DNA of 64,000 nt from an uncultured virus (IMG/VR IMGVR_UViG_3300028833_000145) (Duplodnaviria > Heunggongvirae > Uroviricota > Caudoviricetes), in the IMG/VR virus record IMGVR_UViG_3300028833_000145; one strand, 5' to 3'. The position numbers and the translations under genes were made by a program. The number at the start of each line of letters is the position of its first letter. Positions within the stretch are counted from its first letter, which is position 1. Of this stretch, positions 23,313 through 36,320 are shown piece after piece. The notes under the pieces were generated by a model. That model did no database searches. It was not told the DNA's origin and saw only the letters and a list, made by a program, of their open reading frames with translations.

Positions 23313-26300
23313 TCATCTTCCAGCTCTAGCCATTGCCTAGCCAACCCTTGACCTCACATATGCCTGGAGCTTCTCGGCATTCTTTCCGTACTTCCTGCCA
23401 AGATTGCAGAGATAGAAAGCATGGTTTGTCTGGATGAATCCTCTTGGACACCACCTAGGCATCAGGATGCAGTTCAGAGAATCACAGCTCCTGAATGCTT
23501 CTGTCAGGTCGGTAGCTGTCCTAATGTCAAGCTATCCAATCATCTTGAGATGCTAGCAGTATGAGAATCCCATATTCATAGTTGTTGACATAGGAACTAG
23601 CACACTTTTGACATCCTCAAGTCTAGAGCAGCTTCTGAAGATTCTTGAAGTTTTAGTTGCAACCGGTGCTGAGAATGTTCCAATCTTCAGAAGTGAATTG
23701 TTGTTGCTGAACATTGAGTAGCAGTTCAAGCAAGCAGGAAGCTCTAGCTCTTCAATTCTCTGGATTGATGCTGATGAGAACATTGTTGTTCCTTCAATGA
23801 GCTTTGGAAGTTCAACCGACTCTTTTGTGATCACGGATGGACAGCAGTTTGATGAAGAGTTGAACATGTTGTAGCCATTCTCAAGACTTGGAAGCTTGCA
23901 TTTCTCTGGGGCTACAGCAACTCTGCATGAGTTGAACATCGCTGTTGCACTCTTCAAATTCTTGCAACTGTCAAGAACATTAATTGAACCAACTAGAACA
24001 GTGGTGTTGCTGAACATTCTTGCTGCTTCGACAATGTTGTCAGCGTTGATGAATCCCTTAAACTACTTTACTCTTGAATAGTAGAATGCTGCCGCGGCAT
24101 CTGTGACCGCAGAAAGATCCACGACTGGAAACACCAAATGCTCATCGGTGATGTGAGCAAACCAACCCCTGATCTTTCCATCATTTGGTGCTAGCTTCAG
24201 GCCTTGGCACTTAGCTAGAACACTCTTGTTCATCAGGAGAACTCTAGCCGCATCCTCAGAGACAACTGTTATCCAGCCATTCTCATCAGGCTCTAGCTTG
24301 TATCTCTTGAATAGACCATCAGCCATTGCTTCAGAGACCTTTCTCATCTCCCAAGGGAAATCCTCAAGGAATGAGCCATATGCATCTCCAAACACTTGCT
24401 TGACCAGAGTCTTTGGTCTGGAAGATCCATAGAATTCCCTGCTTGTGACATTATCCCAGTTGACATTTGTTGAGAATCCAGCTTCACCAATCATGAGTGT
24501 TCCTGGAGGCAGAGGAGTCTGATTCTCACTTCCGCACTTGATTGCAAACATTCCCTCAAACTGTTTTGCCTTTGGGCAGATCATATCAGGAAGTTGCTAA
24601 ATCTTTGCAAACCTGAACATGTCCCTCAAGTCAATGAGGTCATCAGTTCCTTCAATCTTTCCAAGGTGCAAGATGTTTGTCTCTCTGAACATGCTTTCAG
24701 CGTGCTTGACTCCAGTGAGATCAAGTGCTTTGATGAAGAGAGTCTAGCTAGTTCCATAGAACAAACCACTAGCATCTTCCATCTCAATCTTGATTCCTGG
24801 ATATCTCTTGAAGTCCTTTGCAAGATTCTTTGCCATCTACTGGTTTTTGATGATCAGATATCCTCTATCATCAACCAAGTCAGATCCTTCATCTGGTCTT
24901 CTGTAGAACTCTTCAAGCTCTTCCATTTCTTTTGTGAAGTTTGGAGAGTCAACAACTTTTGGTGAATAGGCAAAGATCTCTTCAGCAGAGTGGCCACTCA
25001 CTGGGCTTCCATCGCTATTTTTGAAGCTAACTCCGTCTAGAACTAAGGAAGGACCAATGCCAGAGCCTTGGATTGCCTTGAAGCGCATATTTGGAAGTGT
25101 CTTCAAGAATGGACACTTCGTGAATGCGCCTTGTGCACTAGTGATCTTGTCGGTATTCTCAATCAAGACCTAGTCAACATGAGAGTTGTAGAATGCTCGG
25201 TTCATTGTTGAGCAATTCTCAAGATTCAGAGTGAATGGAGCTATCTTGATTGCGCTATAGCTCTGGTCATCTCTCTTGTTGATTCTAGCACTATTGAAGA
25301 TATCTGTTATTGTTGTGGCCTTCGAAGTGTCAAGTCCTTCAACCTTGTTGACCTTGGCATTGCTGAACATGCTAGTCATGATTGCTGGATGACAGTTTCT
25401 GAACTTTAGCTCATTAGCCTTTGCATTCTTGAACATTCCAGTTGCATCATTGACTGCTTCCATATCGATAATTGGCATGTTTCCAAGATCTTGGCTATCA
25501 AACCACTGCACCGTATCTGCCGACATTATCTTGAGACCTGCAAACTTGCTGAAGATCTTCTAGAACTTCTTGATATCATCTGGAGTATTGATGATGAGAA
25601 ATCCATCATGAGCAACCTGAGCTTGGCTCAGGAGCTTTCTGTATTCTTCAGCATAGTATACCTGCTCGCCCTGAATAATCATCTTTCCAAGAGTACTGCC
25701 CGGCTCAGACTATATCAACCAATCAAGAAATCTTTCGCCGCCGCCATTACCATCATCAGTTGAGTCTGCTTCATTCAAGAAGTCAATTCTTCCATTCTTT
25801 CTAAGATACTGATAGAGCTTTCCAGTGCCGAGATTCATGCAGACGATGAGTGGATATCTTCCATGATCACTGTAGGAATTCCAGTGGCCATTGCTCTTTC
25901 TGCGATAATCCCAATATCCATTGCTTTGTTGATATGCATCAGCTGTGCACCACCCAGTCTCAGTCCACTGGTTGTCAAAGCCAATGCCATCCTTGAGATA
26001 CTCAGCATTCCTGCCGTCGCGGCGATCCTTCTGGTCTTGGGTCATTCCAGGCTCATCATATCTGTAGAGAGTCATGTCAATCTCGGATGTTCCAGGAACA
26101 ACCTTTGGTTTAGCTCTTCCAAAAACTGCATCTTGCTCAAATGTTGTTGTGACAGCAATGATCCACTTGCCATCAGTGTAGGTCAATGCTCCAAATCTCT
26201 TTGCTGCCTCGAACAAGTCAAGACGCCTAGCAGCGCATGGGTGCAGATTTCCTTTCTCAAGCTTCTCTTGTGGAAGAGAGTCAACTGAGTTTGTCTTTGC

Positions 26301-27110
26301 CTCAGCTTCATCAACAATCTTCTTGAGCTCAGCTACGGTTGGAATTGTGTCAAGATTGACTCCCTTCAACTGCTTCTTGAGATCACCATTGAACCACTTC
26401 AAGAGAAGAGCTACCTTTGCAGCTTTCATCTCATTGACAACGTCTTTGAATGACTTCTTCTCTTTTGAGAGCATCCTGTATGAAGTATTCAGAAGCCAAC
26501 GGGTTGATCTTGAGATATCTCCATCAACAGTCAGATTCTGCAAGAATCCTTCCTCAAGGTTGAGAGAGGCTAGATCAAGATATGCAAGCTCATTGCCGTC
26601 AACAGTTTCGAGCGTCTTGACATTCTTCTCAGTCTCAATCTCCTTGAAACTGAGCTTGCCAACAATGATGGCATAGAGCTGAGCTAGCATCAAGATTGGT
26701 CCGGAGAGAAGAATTCCATAGTGCTCAACTTGCTCGGTCTTGCTCTTCTTCTAGACCTTGGTGAACTTCTCAATCTTGATCTTTGAGCTCTTCAAGAAGT
26801 TCTTCAATGCTTCATCATTGCCATTGAACTAGCTCTTGATTGCCTGAATCACTCCACCCTCAGCATCATCTGCATCTTTCTATGTGTCTCCAAGCTTGAT
26901 GAATAGCTTTCCATTCCAAGACTATGGGTTGTAGTCTGGAGAAAGTCTAGAAATCTCAAGCATCTAAAATAAATCACTCTTTGGCCACAACTGTCTGATT
27001 TTTGCTACAATATCTTCTAGCAAAAGAGAATCAGCTTGCTCACTCTTAGCTTCTAAACTCTCTTTGAGATACTCTCTAAAGCTCTTAACTTTGATTCTCT
27101 CTTCTGACAT
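23313..27110 (-). CDS. Large protein (about 1265 aa, TAG=Gln) with C-terminal BspA/DUF285-like leucine-rich repeats
   Basis: Five track ORFs share one frame to TGA 23313. Recurrent A..MF..C/S..L repeats. Alternative start at 27128. Confidence 0.7.
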
Positions 27111-27130
27111 AATTGAATCATCCTTCATAA

Positions 27131-28744
27131 TCAAACCAAATCTCCATCAAATTTGACAACAAGCTATACATCATCATGTGAGGCTTTGACAGCATCATAC
27201 ACATCTTTGTACATTCCATTCCATATTCCATATTGCTCTAAGAATTGAACTGCCTCATCTCCAACAAACTTTGTTGTCTTGTCAACCCCAGGAAAGTTTA
27301 CCAGCATTTTGTAGCCGGAATCAGCACCAAAGATCTTTTTCATTCCATTCTTAGTTGATGGAACTCCAAATCCTGTCTACACAGAATTAAGCTCTTTCTA
27401 GACAAGCAACTAGCTTAATCTTTGCTGCAATGCATCTTCTGCAGCAGCCGCTCCACGTGGAGCTCTATGTGCTGGTGCAGCAGCTGGTCTAGCTGCCTAT
27501 GCTTGTCCTCCTTGCTGTTGATTTGCATCTGGTGTAGCATTTGGCTATCCTTGAGCAACTAATCCAATAGTGAATGGTGGATCTTGCTGGATGTTGTACT
27601 TAGAGTTTCTTCTGAAGAAATGATCTCGGTCAAACAAGACCTATATTCCTCTAGGAGAAGTCTTGTACCAAGTCAAATAAAGCTGAACAAGTCTCTTGTA
27701 CCAACTTGAGCATGGTTGTCTCAACATCCACATTGCATAGTCAATTCCAACATCCTAGAACTAGACAATAGCTGGATGTCCATTGAAAGCAAGTTGCATG
27801 ACTACATCAATTCTAGTTCCATTTCCAACTCTCTTGAACTAGATGAATCCTAGACGCTTGACAAATGAGTCAACCGAGTCATCCCAGTTGATCTGCTTGT
27901 AAGTGCATTTACTAACTTCATCCGCTTTAAAGAAAGTCATCTCAGTTGCATTTGTTTGTGCAACCTTAGAAGTAAAATCTGTGTAATTCCACTTTCCAAC
28001 AATGATTGGAAGCATTCTTCTGACTTGAGCCTAATTATTTGTTGCAATGTCTTCACCATTCTTGAACTTGATTCCATGAATAGTGTTGTAGCTATTCTTG
28101 TCTTCTTCGGCATCTTCCTCCCCATTATCTTCAACATCATCTTGTTGGTGGGCTGGCTGCTGCTGTTGAGCTGCCAGAGGAGCTTCTTCTTGTTGCTGTG
28201 GAGGAAATTCACCACCAGCCATCACAAACTACTCAAGATCTGCTGCACTAGTCTTCACACCAATCCAAAGGGTTGGATGCTGCTCTTGATCATTCCATCC
28301 AAGCAAAATCTCTCGATGGGAAGAATGACCTTCAATTGAGAAGTTTCCAATCTTCACCATTATCTGCTCAAGATTGCCACCAGCTTCTTGCATTGCAGTA
28401 ATGTCATTTTTCAAGTCAGTGACTAATGTAGCTCTGTTAGGATCTGCATCCTAAGCATGAATTTCAGCTTCTGTACTTCCTGGTTGCCAGCCAAACTCAT
28501 TTCTGCAGCTCTTTATCTGTCTTGAAGCAACTCTAACAAGCTTTACTTCTGACCGATCATCAAAACATTGATCTTCAAGTGCTGCCTTGAGAACACTTAG
28601 CTTCAAATCGAGACCAAGATGTAAAGCATCATGTGGTGGTGTTTGATAAGCTTCAACTATCTAAGTTTTTCTTATGTTCTTCTTTGCTCGACCTTCAAGC
28701 AAATACTCAATGAAACTCATTCTCTTGTTGTCTACATTACTCAT
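27131..28744 (-). CDS. Hypothetical protein (537 aa, TAG=Gln), possible head internal protein
   Basis: ATG 28744 to TGA 27131 with only TAG interruptions, several within Q-rich linkers. Confidence 0.7.
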
Positions 28745-28833
28745 CTTGCTAGTCTCAAATCATTTTAAATACTTACCTAAGTAAAGATGGTAGTAAGTAA
28801 TACTATAGAATTTACAACATTGGAAGAAAGAAA

Positions 28834-29403
28834 ATGGAAAACCAAATAATTCAACAACTAGGCCAAACACTTCAAGGACTTCTTCCTGAAGTCTAGCAAC
28901 AAGTGAAATCTCTAAAAGATTTTGCAATATTCTCAGGAGCAGCTCTCAAGATGAAAGCACCGGAAGGGCTTAAAGATCTTGTAGATGCTAAGTCTTGGTA
29001 TATCACTATGAAGTTTGATGGAACTGCAACAAGAGAAGATGCAAAGAAAGTGTTTGAATACACAATGGTTGAAAAACTTGGCATTCCAAGAACAGAGCAG
29101 AATCTTGATGATGAGATTCTTCCAAAGATTGACTACCCACCAGCTCCATCTGATGCTCCACAACTTCCAGCTCCATCACCATCTTCAAACTAGGATGTCA
29201 TTGACATTGATGATGAAGGAAATGTAAAGCAAGAAGTTGCAAGAAAAGAGCCACTTGCTGTTGTTCCAGTGTCAAAATACTATGCCGTCTAGCTCAAGAT
29301 ATTTGGAGCCCCAAGAATGGCTGGCCAGCTTAAAGGAGCAAGAAGTACTGGAAGACTTGGTGGAAGAAGAAATTGGAGCGGAAGACAGCTTGGAATGAGA
29401 TAA
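28834..29403 (+). CDS. Hypothetical protein (189 aa, TAG=Gln)
   Basis: ATG 28834 after GGAAG, to TAA 29403. Confidence 0.65.
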
Positions 29404-29428
29404 GGTCTTATCTAAATCAAATAACTTT

Positions 29429-29456
29429 AAAAGCTAGTGGTATCCACTAGCTTTTT
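29429..29456. terminator. Bidirectional intrinsic terminator
   Basis: AAAAGCTAGTGG-TAT-CCACTAGCTTTTT between convergent genes. Confidence 0.8.
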
Positions 29457-29467
29457 GAGTCTAGACA

Positions 29468-30175
29468 TCAATTGAAGCAACCTTTGAACACCGCTGACTT
29501 GATGAAGCATCTTTTTTGGACATTGTCATCACCAACAACAACATTTCCGGTCAAAAGACTCCACTTGATCTAGACAAATCCTAGTTTTCCCCAGGCCGGT
29601 CCAAGTGAGTTAAACACAAGAAGATTGTCAGCATCATATCCAAATGCTACCCAAGCTTTTGTATAATCTTTTCTCAGTGCTTTCAGTGAATTTCCAAGAC
29701 TACTTATAGTGAATCCACCCGGATTTGTTGTAAAAGCTTGTGGAAGATAAGTCTCAACAATTGCACATTTGTATCTATGAATCTGCCATTTTAGCATCTT
29801 AGCTGATGTTGCCCACTCAATCGTGCCCTTGATGTATTTGTGATCACCAGCAAGAGCATTCAAGTAGTTTTCAAGCGTGACATATCCTTCATCTGAAGCA
29901 ACAAAATCTTCTATTCTCCCAGCTTCTTCCCATTGTTTGTCTTTTTGCTTAGCAATTTCTATGTATGAATTGATGGCAGATTCTTTCATCTTCTATGGCT
30001 GACCTGCTCTAAAATGTATAGACTCTAAGAAAGAAGCAACCATAGTTGGCCCGGAAGTTGGTCCAGACACACTTTTTACCGGACATGAGAAATCAAACCA
30101 ATTGAATGCTGTTGGATTAGATGCTCCATCTGGAAATGAAGTAGCTGATGATTGCAATGGTGCATATAAGAACAT
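29468..30175 (-). CDS. Papain (C1)-fold protein apparently lacking catalytic Cys/His (235 aa, TAG=Gln)
   Basis: FNWFD..PVK, KAWVAFGY, VFNSLGPAWGKLGF resemble FDWR..PVK, HAV..VGY, NSWG..WG..G of C1 peptidases. Confidence 0.55.
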
Positions 30176-30192
30176 ATCAAGACATTACTTAC

Positions 30193-30226
30193 AAAAAAAT
30201 GAAGATTTGGAATTCCAAATCTTCAT
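30193..30226 (-). terminator. Terminator-like palindrome
   Basis: Perfect palindrome ATGAAGATTTGGAATTCCAAATCTTCAT with a T-run on the minus strand. Confidence 0.65.
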
Positions 30227-30252
30227 CTTGTTGATGTTCAACATCTTTCAAA

Positions 30253-30774
30253 TCACTTTGTAGTAATTTTCAAAAACACATATGCATCTACTGAAGAATC
30301 AATCTAGACATCTTCATCTAATGTGACTTCTTCTTCGTTGACAATCTCATCAACTTCATCATCAATGGTTATCTCTGGCTTTTCATTTTCTGGCTCAGAA
30401 GAAGTCTCTTCTGCATCTTTGGTTGGCTCTTCTTCAACTGGAGTTTCATCATCAACCTCAGCATCATCTGAAGCTGCGGCAGCAAAAGAAATCTTCTTGA
30501 AATCTCCTTCAACAAGTCTATTAGCATCTTCACCAAAAGCTTTGTTTGTCAGATTGAACAGCTTCTTCATGCCTTCCTTGTTTATGTCTCCTCTGAAGAA
30601 CACAACATAGTTAGCATCAAGCAAGAACTATTCACCAAACTCTTCTTTGATCTTATCTTTGATGCGCTTCGGAACAGCTCCAACTCCAAAGACATCTGTC
30701 TTTGCGGTGAAATGCTGGATTGACATCTGCTTCTTCAACAGATTCTTCAAAAGTGCTTTAATGTCAAGTGTCAT
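30253..30774 (-). CDS. Acidic hypothetical protein (173 aa, TAG=Gln)
   Basis: ATG 30774 with upstream AGGAG, to TGA 30253. Confidence 0.65.
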
Positions 30775-30798
30775 CTTTAGTTTCTCCTAAATGAATTA

Positions 30799-32517
30799 TC
30801 ATGCTTGGGTCGATGGAGTCTCGGCATTAGAATCAGCTGCGGCTGAAGCATTTGCATTGTTTCCATTCTTGTTTATGATTGAGCGCTTGTTTGCAGCTCT
30901 CTTAGCAGAGATGCCTCTCATTATATCAAGAAATCTTCTGAAGTTCCTCTCATTTCCAAGAACTTTAGCTCTAAAGTTAGCAAGACCACCATTAGTGCTT
31001 CCAGTAGCTTCTCTTGTAGCTGAATAGAAGTTTCCAAGAGTGTCCTGACAGAACTTGTTTACAGATTGCTGTCTTTTGTTTGGATCTTCACCAGGATACC
31101 AAAGTCTTGCAATATCTCTGAAAGTTGCTTCTTTCTAGCCAAACAGCCTCTTGATAAACATCACTTCTCTTGCTTCTTGCTCTGGATTGTCTTTGTTGTC
31201 TTCATGAGCAATCTCAAGCATTGTCTTCTGCAGCTCTTTTGCTTTCTTTGGTCCAAGTGAATAGAGCAATCTGCTGAAGTCTTCTAAAGACCAAGTGTCT
31301 TGACCTCTCTTTGGAAATGCAATTGGAGCATTCTCTCTAGCTCTCTTCTCAGCTTTGACTGCTTCTCTTGCAGCTTCAGCTCTTGTGACTCTGTGATGAT
31401 AGTCTGGATTGAATGCAAAATCTGTATGAGTTGCTCCACCAGCTTCTTTGTCTGGTCCATGGTAAGCACGATATATGTTCTTAGAGCGAGCAAATCCATT
31501 TGCTGCATCTATAGGCTCATTGCTTGCATCCCAACGCCTCTGGAACTCTTCGGGATCCATTGCTTTATACTCTTCAATAGAGTTTATTCCCATGCTCTTG
31601 AGGATTGCAAGCCAAATTCTCTCTTGCTTAGCATTAGCCTCATCATTATCAACAGCTTCACCAGCATCAAGAGCCTGGTCAAGATTGTCAAGCTCTTCAT
31701 CTGACATATCTTCAAGATCAGCCTCAAGTAAAGCTTTCCGACGTCTTTCTTTCTCAGCTTTGACCGCTTCTTTTACAATAGACATCTAGCAAACATTGTT
31801 AGCTTTGAGATTTGCAGTTGAAGCTTTGACTCCAACTGGATCAAACACATGTGCAAGTGCTTCACGATAGTCAGCTTCTTGAAGAGTGTCGCCATCTTCA
31901 TACACTAGGCTGTCATAGAATCCTTGTGCTTCACCGGCATCTTCAACATCTTTCCATCTAAACAGACCTAGCCAAAAAGCATATGCTTCTTTGAGATCTT
32001 TTACTGTTCCAGTGATCTTGTAGATTGGATTAGGACCAACTTTTCCGGATGGTCTTGCAAAAACATCTGGAACATCTTTTCTCAATTCTTCCGCAAAAGC
32101 TTCACCAGTTCCATCTTCAGCATCAAAGATGTCTAGCTCTATTGAAGCATAGTCATTGTCATTGTGAAGTGCTTCATTCAAGTCATCTTCAGCTTCCTTC
32201 TCTTGCAACTCTTGTCCATCTTCGGTGAAACCACACTCAGCCAAATCAACATCATCTTTCTTTGCATTATCTTCTTCATCAAGATGTCCATTATGTGGTC
32301 TGCCATCAAGCATATCATCTTCAGCAACATCTTCTTCAGAATCAACAAAGCCGAGTGAAGCCGGATCAATAACTTCATCCTCTTCTCCAAGCTCAACATC
32401 ATTTATTGCGTCTTCAGCTTCTTTTATTGAATCATTGCAAGCTTTCTCATAAGCTTGATCTTCAGCCTCAGCCTCTTGGAGCATCTTTGCCCACTGCTCA
32501 ATATCTTTCTGTGCCAT
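30799..32517 (-). CDS. Acidic hypothetical protein (572 aa, TAG=Gln), possible prohead core/internal protein
   Basis: Joins 31786-32517 and 31135-31785 and extends to TGA 30799. Confidence 0.7.
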
Positions 32518-32670
32518 GTGTTTTCAAGTCTCTTTCTTTGTTTGTTTCACCAGGCTTGTCTTTATAGAGAAGGAAGCCTAAGCTTTTGAAACTATTTACC
32601 AACTAAGATATGCTAAAAGAGCTTGAGAACTAAATCCCAAGCTCTTCCATTTATTGTGTCAAGAAGTTAT

Positions 32671-33753
32671 TCATCTCAAAACATACTGTGCAGAATAGTC
32701 ATCTTCTGGGTCAAGACCAAGAGAGATGTTTCTGTTGATTCCTAGCATGTCAAGCTTCTTCAATGCTTCTTCATCATTGTTCTTGACTGCATCAAAGATT
32801 GAAGCAATTCCAACATAGAGCTCAACTACATCCCCATCATTTGGCATCTTGAAGTGCTTGTGGCGAAGCATTGTTGCTCCTCTCTTGTACTGTCTCTCAG
32901 GATAGAGGAAATCAACTACACCTCTTGTGAACTCAATCGGACCGAATCTCCAGTTGCGATCCATGCTCTTGCAAGCCGGATCAACATCTGCAACACAGTA
33001 CCAGCCGATTGCTGCACCTCTTGGAGCAGATGAGCCATATGAAGAGTACTTTCTACCATAGCCACCAAAGCCACCATAGCGGTCATAGCGTTCATCAATG
33101 TCTTCCTCATCAAGGTCATCAGCATTCTCTTCTGGCTCAGAATCTTCTCCTTCAGAGACATCTTCCTTGCTTTCTGCATCTTCTTCCTTAGAGTCATCTT
33201 CATCAAGAGCTGCATCTTCATTGCCATTAGCTCTGAATGACTCACCTTCATCAAGATCTTCTGAAGAGTCACTAGCTTCTTCATTCTTTGGAGGATTCTT
33301 CTTCAAGAGCTTTGAGAGAACTGGATCACGATGCCAAATTCCAAAGACAACATTTGCAAAGTAGTTGAATTGCTCAGTTGTCTTCAAGAGATTGTCAATT
33401 GCCTTCTTGTCACCACCAAAGATGTTCTTGCTGAACCACTCAGAGTAGCCTTTTGCCATTTGATCTATGACTTCTGCAGGCATTCCAAGCTTCTTGAGCT
33501 CTTTCTTGCAGTTGTCAATGGAGACACCTTTCTTAATTGTTGTCTTGATTGCAACTAGTGGATCTGGTGTCTCTCCATCTTCAAAACGGAACATTCCTCC
33601 AGCTTTGATCTGTGCTCCAATTGCCTTTGCAAACACTTTAGCAGTTTCTTTCAGCTTTGCCTCAGTCTTTGGCTCTAGAGACTCCCTCAAGAGCTCATTA
33701 TGCCAAAAGTTGATTGCATCAACAATCTGGCTCTTTGTGTATCTTGTCTTCAT
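32671..33753 (-). CDS. Hypothetical protein with acidic linker, possible head internal protein
   Basis: Likely start MKTRYTKSQIVDAI; N-terminus shared with 49017-49361. Confidence 0.7.
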   Translation of the reverse strand: MKTRYTKSQIVDAINFWHNELLRESLEPKTEAKLKETAKVFAKAIGAQIKAGGMFRFEDGETPDPLVAIKTTIKKGVSIDNCKKELKKLGMPAEVIDQMAKGYSEWFSKNIFGGDKKAIDNLLKTTEQFNYFANVVFGIWHRDPVLSKLLKKNPPKNEEASDSSEDLDEGESFRANGNEDAALDEDDSKEEDAESKEDVSEGEDSEPEENADDLDEEDIDERYDRYGGFGGYGRKYSSYGSSAPRGAAIGWYCVADVDPACKSMDRNWRFGPIEFTRGVVDFLYPERQYKRGATMLRHKHFKMPNDGDVVELYVGIASIFDAVKNNDEEALKKLDMLGINRNISLGLDPEDDYSAQYVLR

Positions 33754-33838
33754 TTCTGTCCTATCTATAGATTTGTTTCGTACGTACATGTGCATGCGAT
33801 GCACTTTTTACTATTTACCATGGTTGTAAGTATGCTTG

Positions 33839-35905
33839 ATGGCAAAAACTAACGAGAACTTCACATTTGACTCACCAGGAATGCAAGTCTGGTGGCACGG
33901 AACTACAGACTCTGGCTTCAAGCACATATATGCTCCTTCATTTGAGAATCCATTCTTCATCTCAGATGATCCGGTAGAAGCAGAGATGTACATGCATGGA
34001 GGATATGACATGGACTCTAGTGACTCACAGCTAGCACTTGTTCTCATCAATCCAGATGCCTTAGTGACCTTTGACTGGTGTGACCAGCAAGATCTTGATC
34101 AGATATAGAGCATTCCAAAGATCATCAAGAAAGTTCTTGCATTCAAGATGAAGAGCACATTCAGTCTCATCCAAGGAATGACTGAGATGAGCTTATTCTA
34201 TGCTCTTGGTCAAGATGACTTTGAAGACTTCAAGAAGTGGTTCAAACTCTGGCTTGAGAAGATCAACTTTGCTAAAGCAGATGATGTCAAAGATGAAGAT
34301 GCTCAAGAGGTTTGGGACTGGATTGGCTCAGCTAAAAGCTCAAGAGACTTGTTCAAGATAAGAGACCTGACTGAAGATGTTGACTGTGAGACAGCAAATG
34401 GAGTTCTCTATGAGCTCTTTTGGTCATAGCTTGAAGGAACCAAGTTCAACTCATTCCACGAGAAAGAGATGTCAGAGAACATTGCTCTCTGTGATGCAAG
34501 CGCGATCAAAGGAATCTGGAGCAGATCACTTGACATGCAAGAAGCTTCAGACTTGATGAAGAGTTTGAGAAGCATAAACTTAGAGAGCTATGCTGCTCTC
34601 AGAAATGCAAAGACTCCGGAAGAAGCAGAAGCAGCTCTGAAGGTCATCTTGCCTCCAAATCCAGCTAAGCAAAGTTTAGTTGAAGAGAAGATCATAGATG
34701 CATCTGATGACCTCTGGGTCAATGGGACAACACTCCAAAGGTGGAATCCAAAGACAAAGATGTTCAGAGTTTGGAATGGAGGAGAAGCAGTTGAGACTCT
34801 AGCTAGCATCTCTCATCCAATCTTCTTCACGAATGACATCAACTATGCAGTCAGATATGCAGAGCAGCATCTCTCCAAAGACTATGCAAATTCCTAGAAG
34901 AACACAAATAAGTTTGCTATAGCCTACAGAGGAGGAAATGCAGTTATTGTCTTAGCATAGCTTGCAAACGCTGAGTTGTTTGACTTTAGAGATCCAGTAT
35001 GCTTTGAGAAAATTGGATTCCCAGCAAGATTCCAGAAGATCTTCTAGAACTGTGAACCTTACTTCTCATTCAATAGCAATGTTAGACCGAACTCAAAGCT
35101 GAATTTGCGGCCTCAAGAGTTCATCAATGTTTAGAAGTTCTTGAAGTGGACTGAGAGCTAGTAGCGCCAACTCAAAAGAAAGACTCCTTTGAAGAAAGCC
35201 GGGGTATTTGGTCTTGGTTCAGCTGGAGCCGGAAGGGATGCATTCATTGACTTGATTGAGAACCTTGATTTAAAATCCACTTCTGTTGAAGTTGGTGGAG
35301 GTGGAGCTGATCCAAAGTATGATATCAGAGCTAAGTGGTCAGAGTTCTACCAAGCATTCATTGATGCAGTAGAAGAGCAAGGTGGAGTTGAAGAAGTTCC
35401 AGGAAAAGATGGTGGCGTAAGCACTTGGAAGTTGAAGAATGCCAAGCGGGAGAATATCGCAATGCTTCCTGAAGCTCCGACGAATGAGTAGTTTGAGCTG
35501 ATGGAGATCTACCTCTAGCTTCTTGGATGGTATCTTGAGAAGAAGAATGAGATTCCAGCAGAGACAGTCGCTGAAGTCAGAGCTAGCATGAAAGATAAGC
35601 TCCATGCTGACTACACTGATCTTCTCTAGCTATTCTTGCACTGGAAAATTGCTCAGCACTACAAAGGATTCTACTGTCCTGAGTACAGAGGTGGTGAGAC
35701 ATCTTCTCCAGATGCAATTGGTATCTTTGACCAAAGTTTGATCTTGAAAGCTGAGACCGCTGAATGTAGTGATGTTAACCAAGCACTCAATGAGATCAAG
35801 TATCCAGAATGGTATAGAAGGCCAAAGCTCGATATCAAGACTCAGAATGAGATGCTGAAAGCTCTCAAGCAGATCCTTGAGGAGAAGAGAGCTCTGCAAG
35901 CTTGA
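33839..35905 (+). CDS. Protein with two tandem ADP-ribosyltransferase-like (ART-PolyVal type) domains (688 aa, TAG=Gln)
   Basis: WWHGT..F..PFFISDDPVEAEMY and WVNGT..F..PIFFTNDINYAVRYA; five track ORFs in one frame to TGA 35905. Confidence 0.6.
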
Positions 35906-35927
35906 GCTTTGATATAATGATGCTATC

Positions 35928-36320
35928 ATGGATTCAAAGTCTACATTGGCCATAGCAGCATTTCTTCCTGCAACAATTGCTCTGTCTTGGAATCTTGGTG
36001 TGTTCTTGTTCAGACTTAAGAGCATCATCAAAGACAACAAAGCTGAGAAGCTTCTGAGAAAGATGACCAACGCTCTTGGCTTGCACCTGAAAAAATCTAG
36101 AGGAGGCTCTTGGTACATTGCTCTCAAAGAAGATGACAGTTTTGTAGAAAGAGCTATAGCAGAGGTTCCATTGACATCTGAGTCTGCTCTTGAACTCAAG
36201 AAGAATCTTGTGAAGGTTGAGAGTCTAGAAGTTGGAGAGAATGATACTATAATCAAGAACCTCTTCTTCCAGAAGTCAGAAGCTGAGATAGAAGTTCTTG
36301 CAGACTTAGCCGCAAGATAA
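35928..36320 (+). CDS. Hypothetical protein, member of the C-terminal SxEEL..DL family, N-terminal hydrophobic helix
   Basis: TTTGATATAAT upstream; ends KSEAEIEVLADL. Confidence 0.65.
   Translation: MDSKSTLAIAAFLPATIALSWNLGVFLFRLKSIIKDNKAEKLLRKMTNALGLHLKKSRGGSWYIALKEDDSFVERAIAEVPLTSESALELKKNLVKVESLEVGENDTIIKNLFFQKSEAEIEVLADLAAR

Noticed and set aside
29461..29463. TAG acting as stop just before the terminator for the 30175 gene
   Set aside because: On careful reading the frame ends at TGA 29468-29470; that TAG is out of frame.
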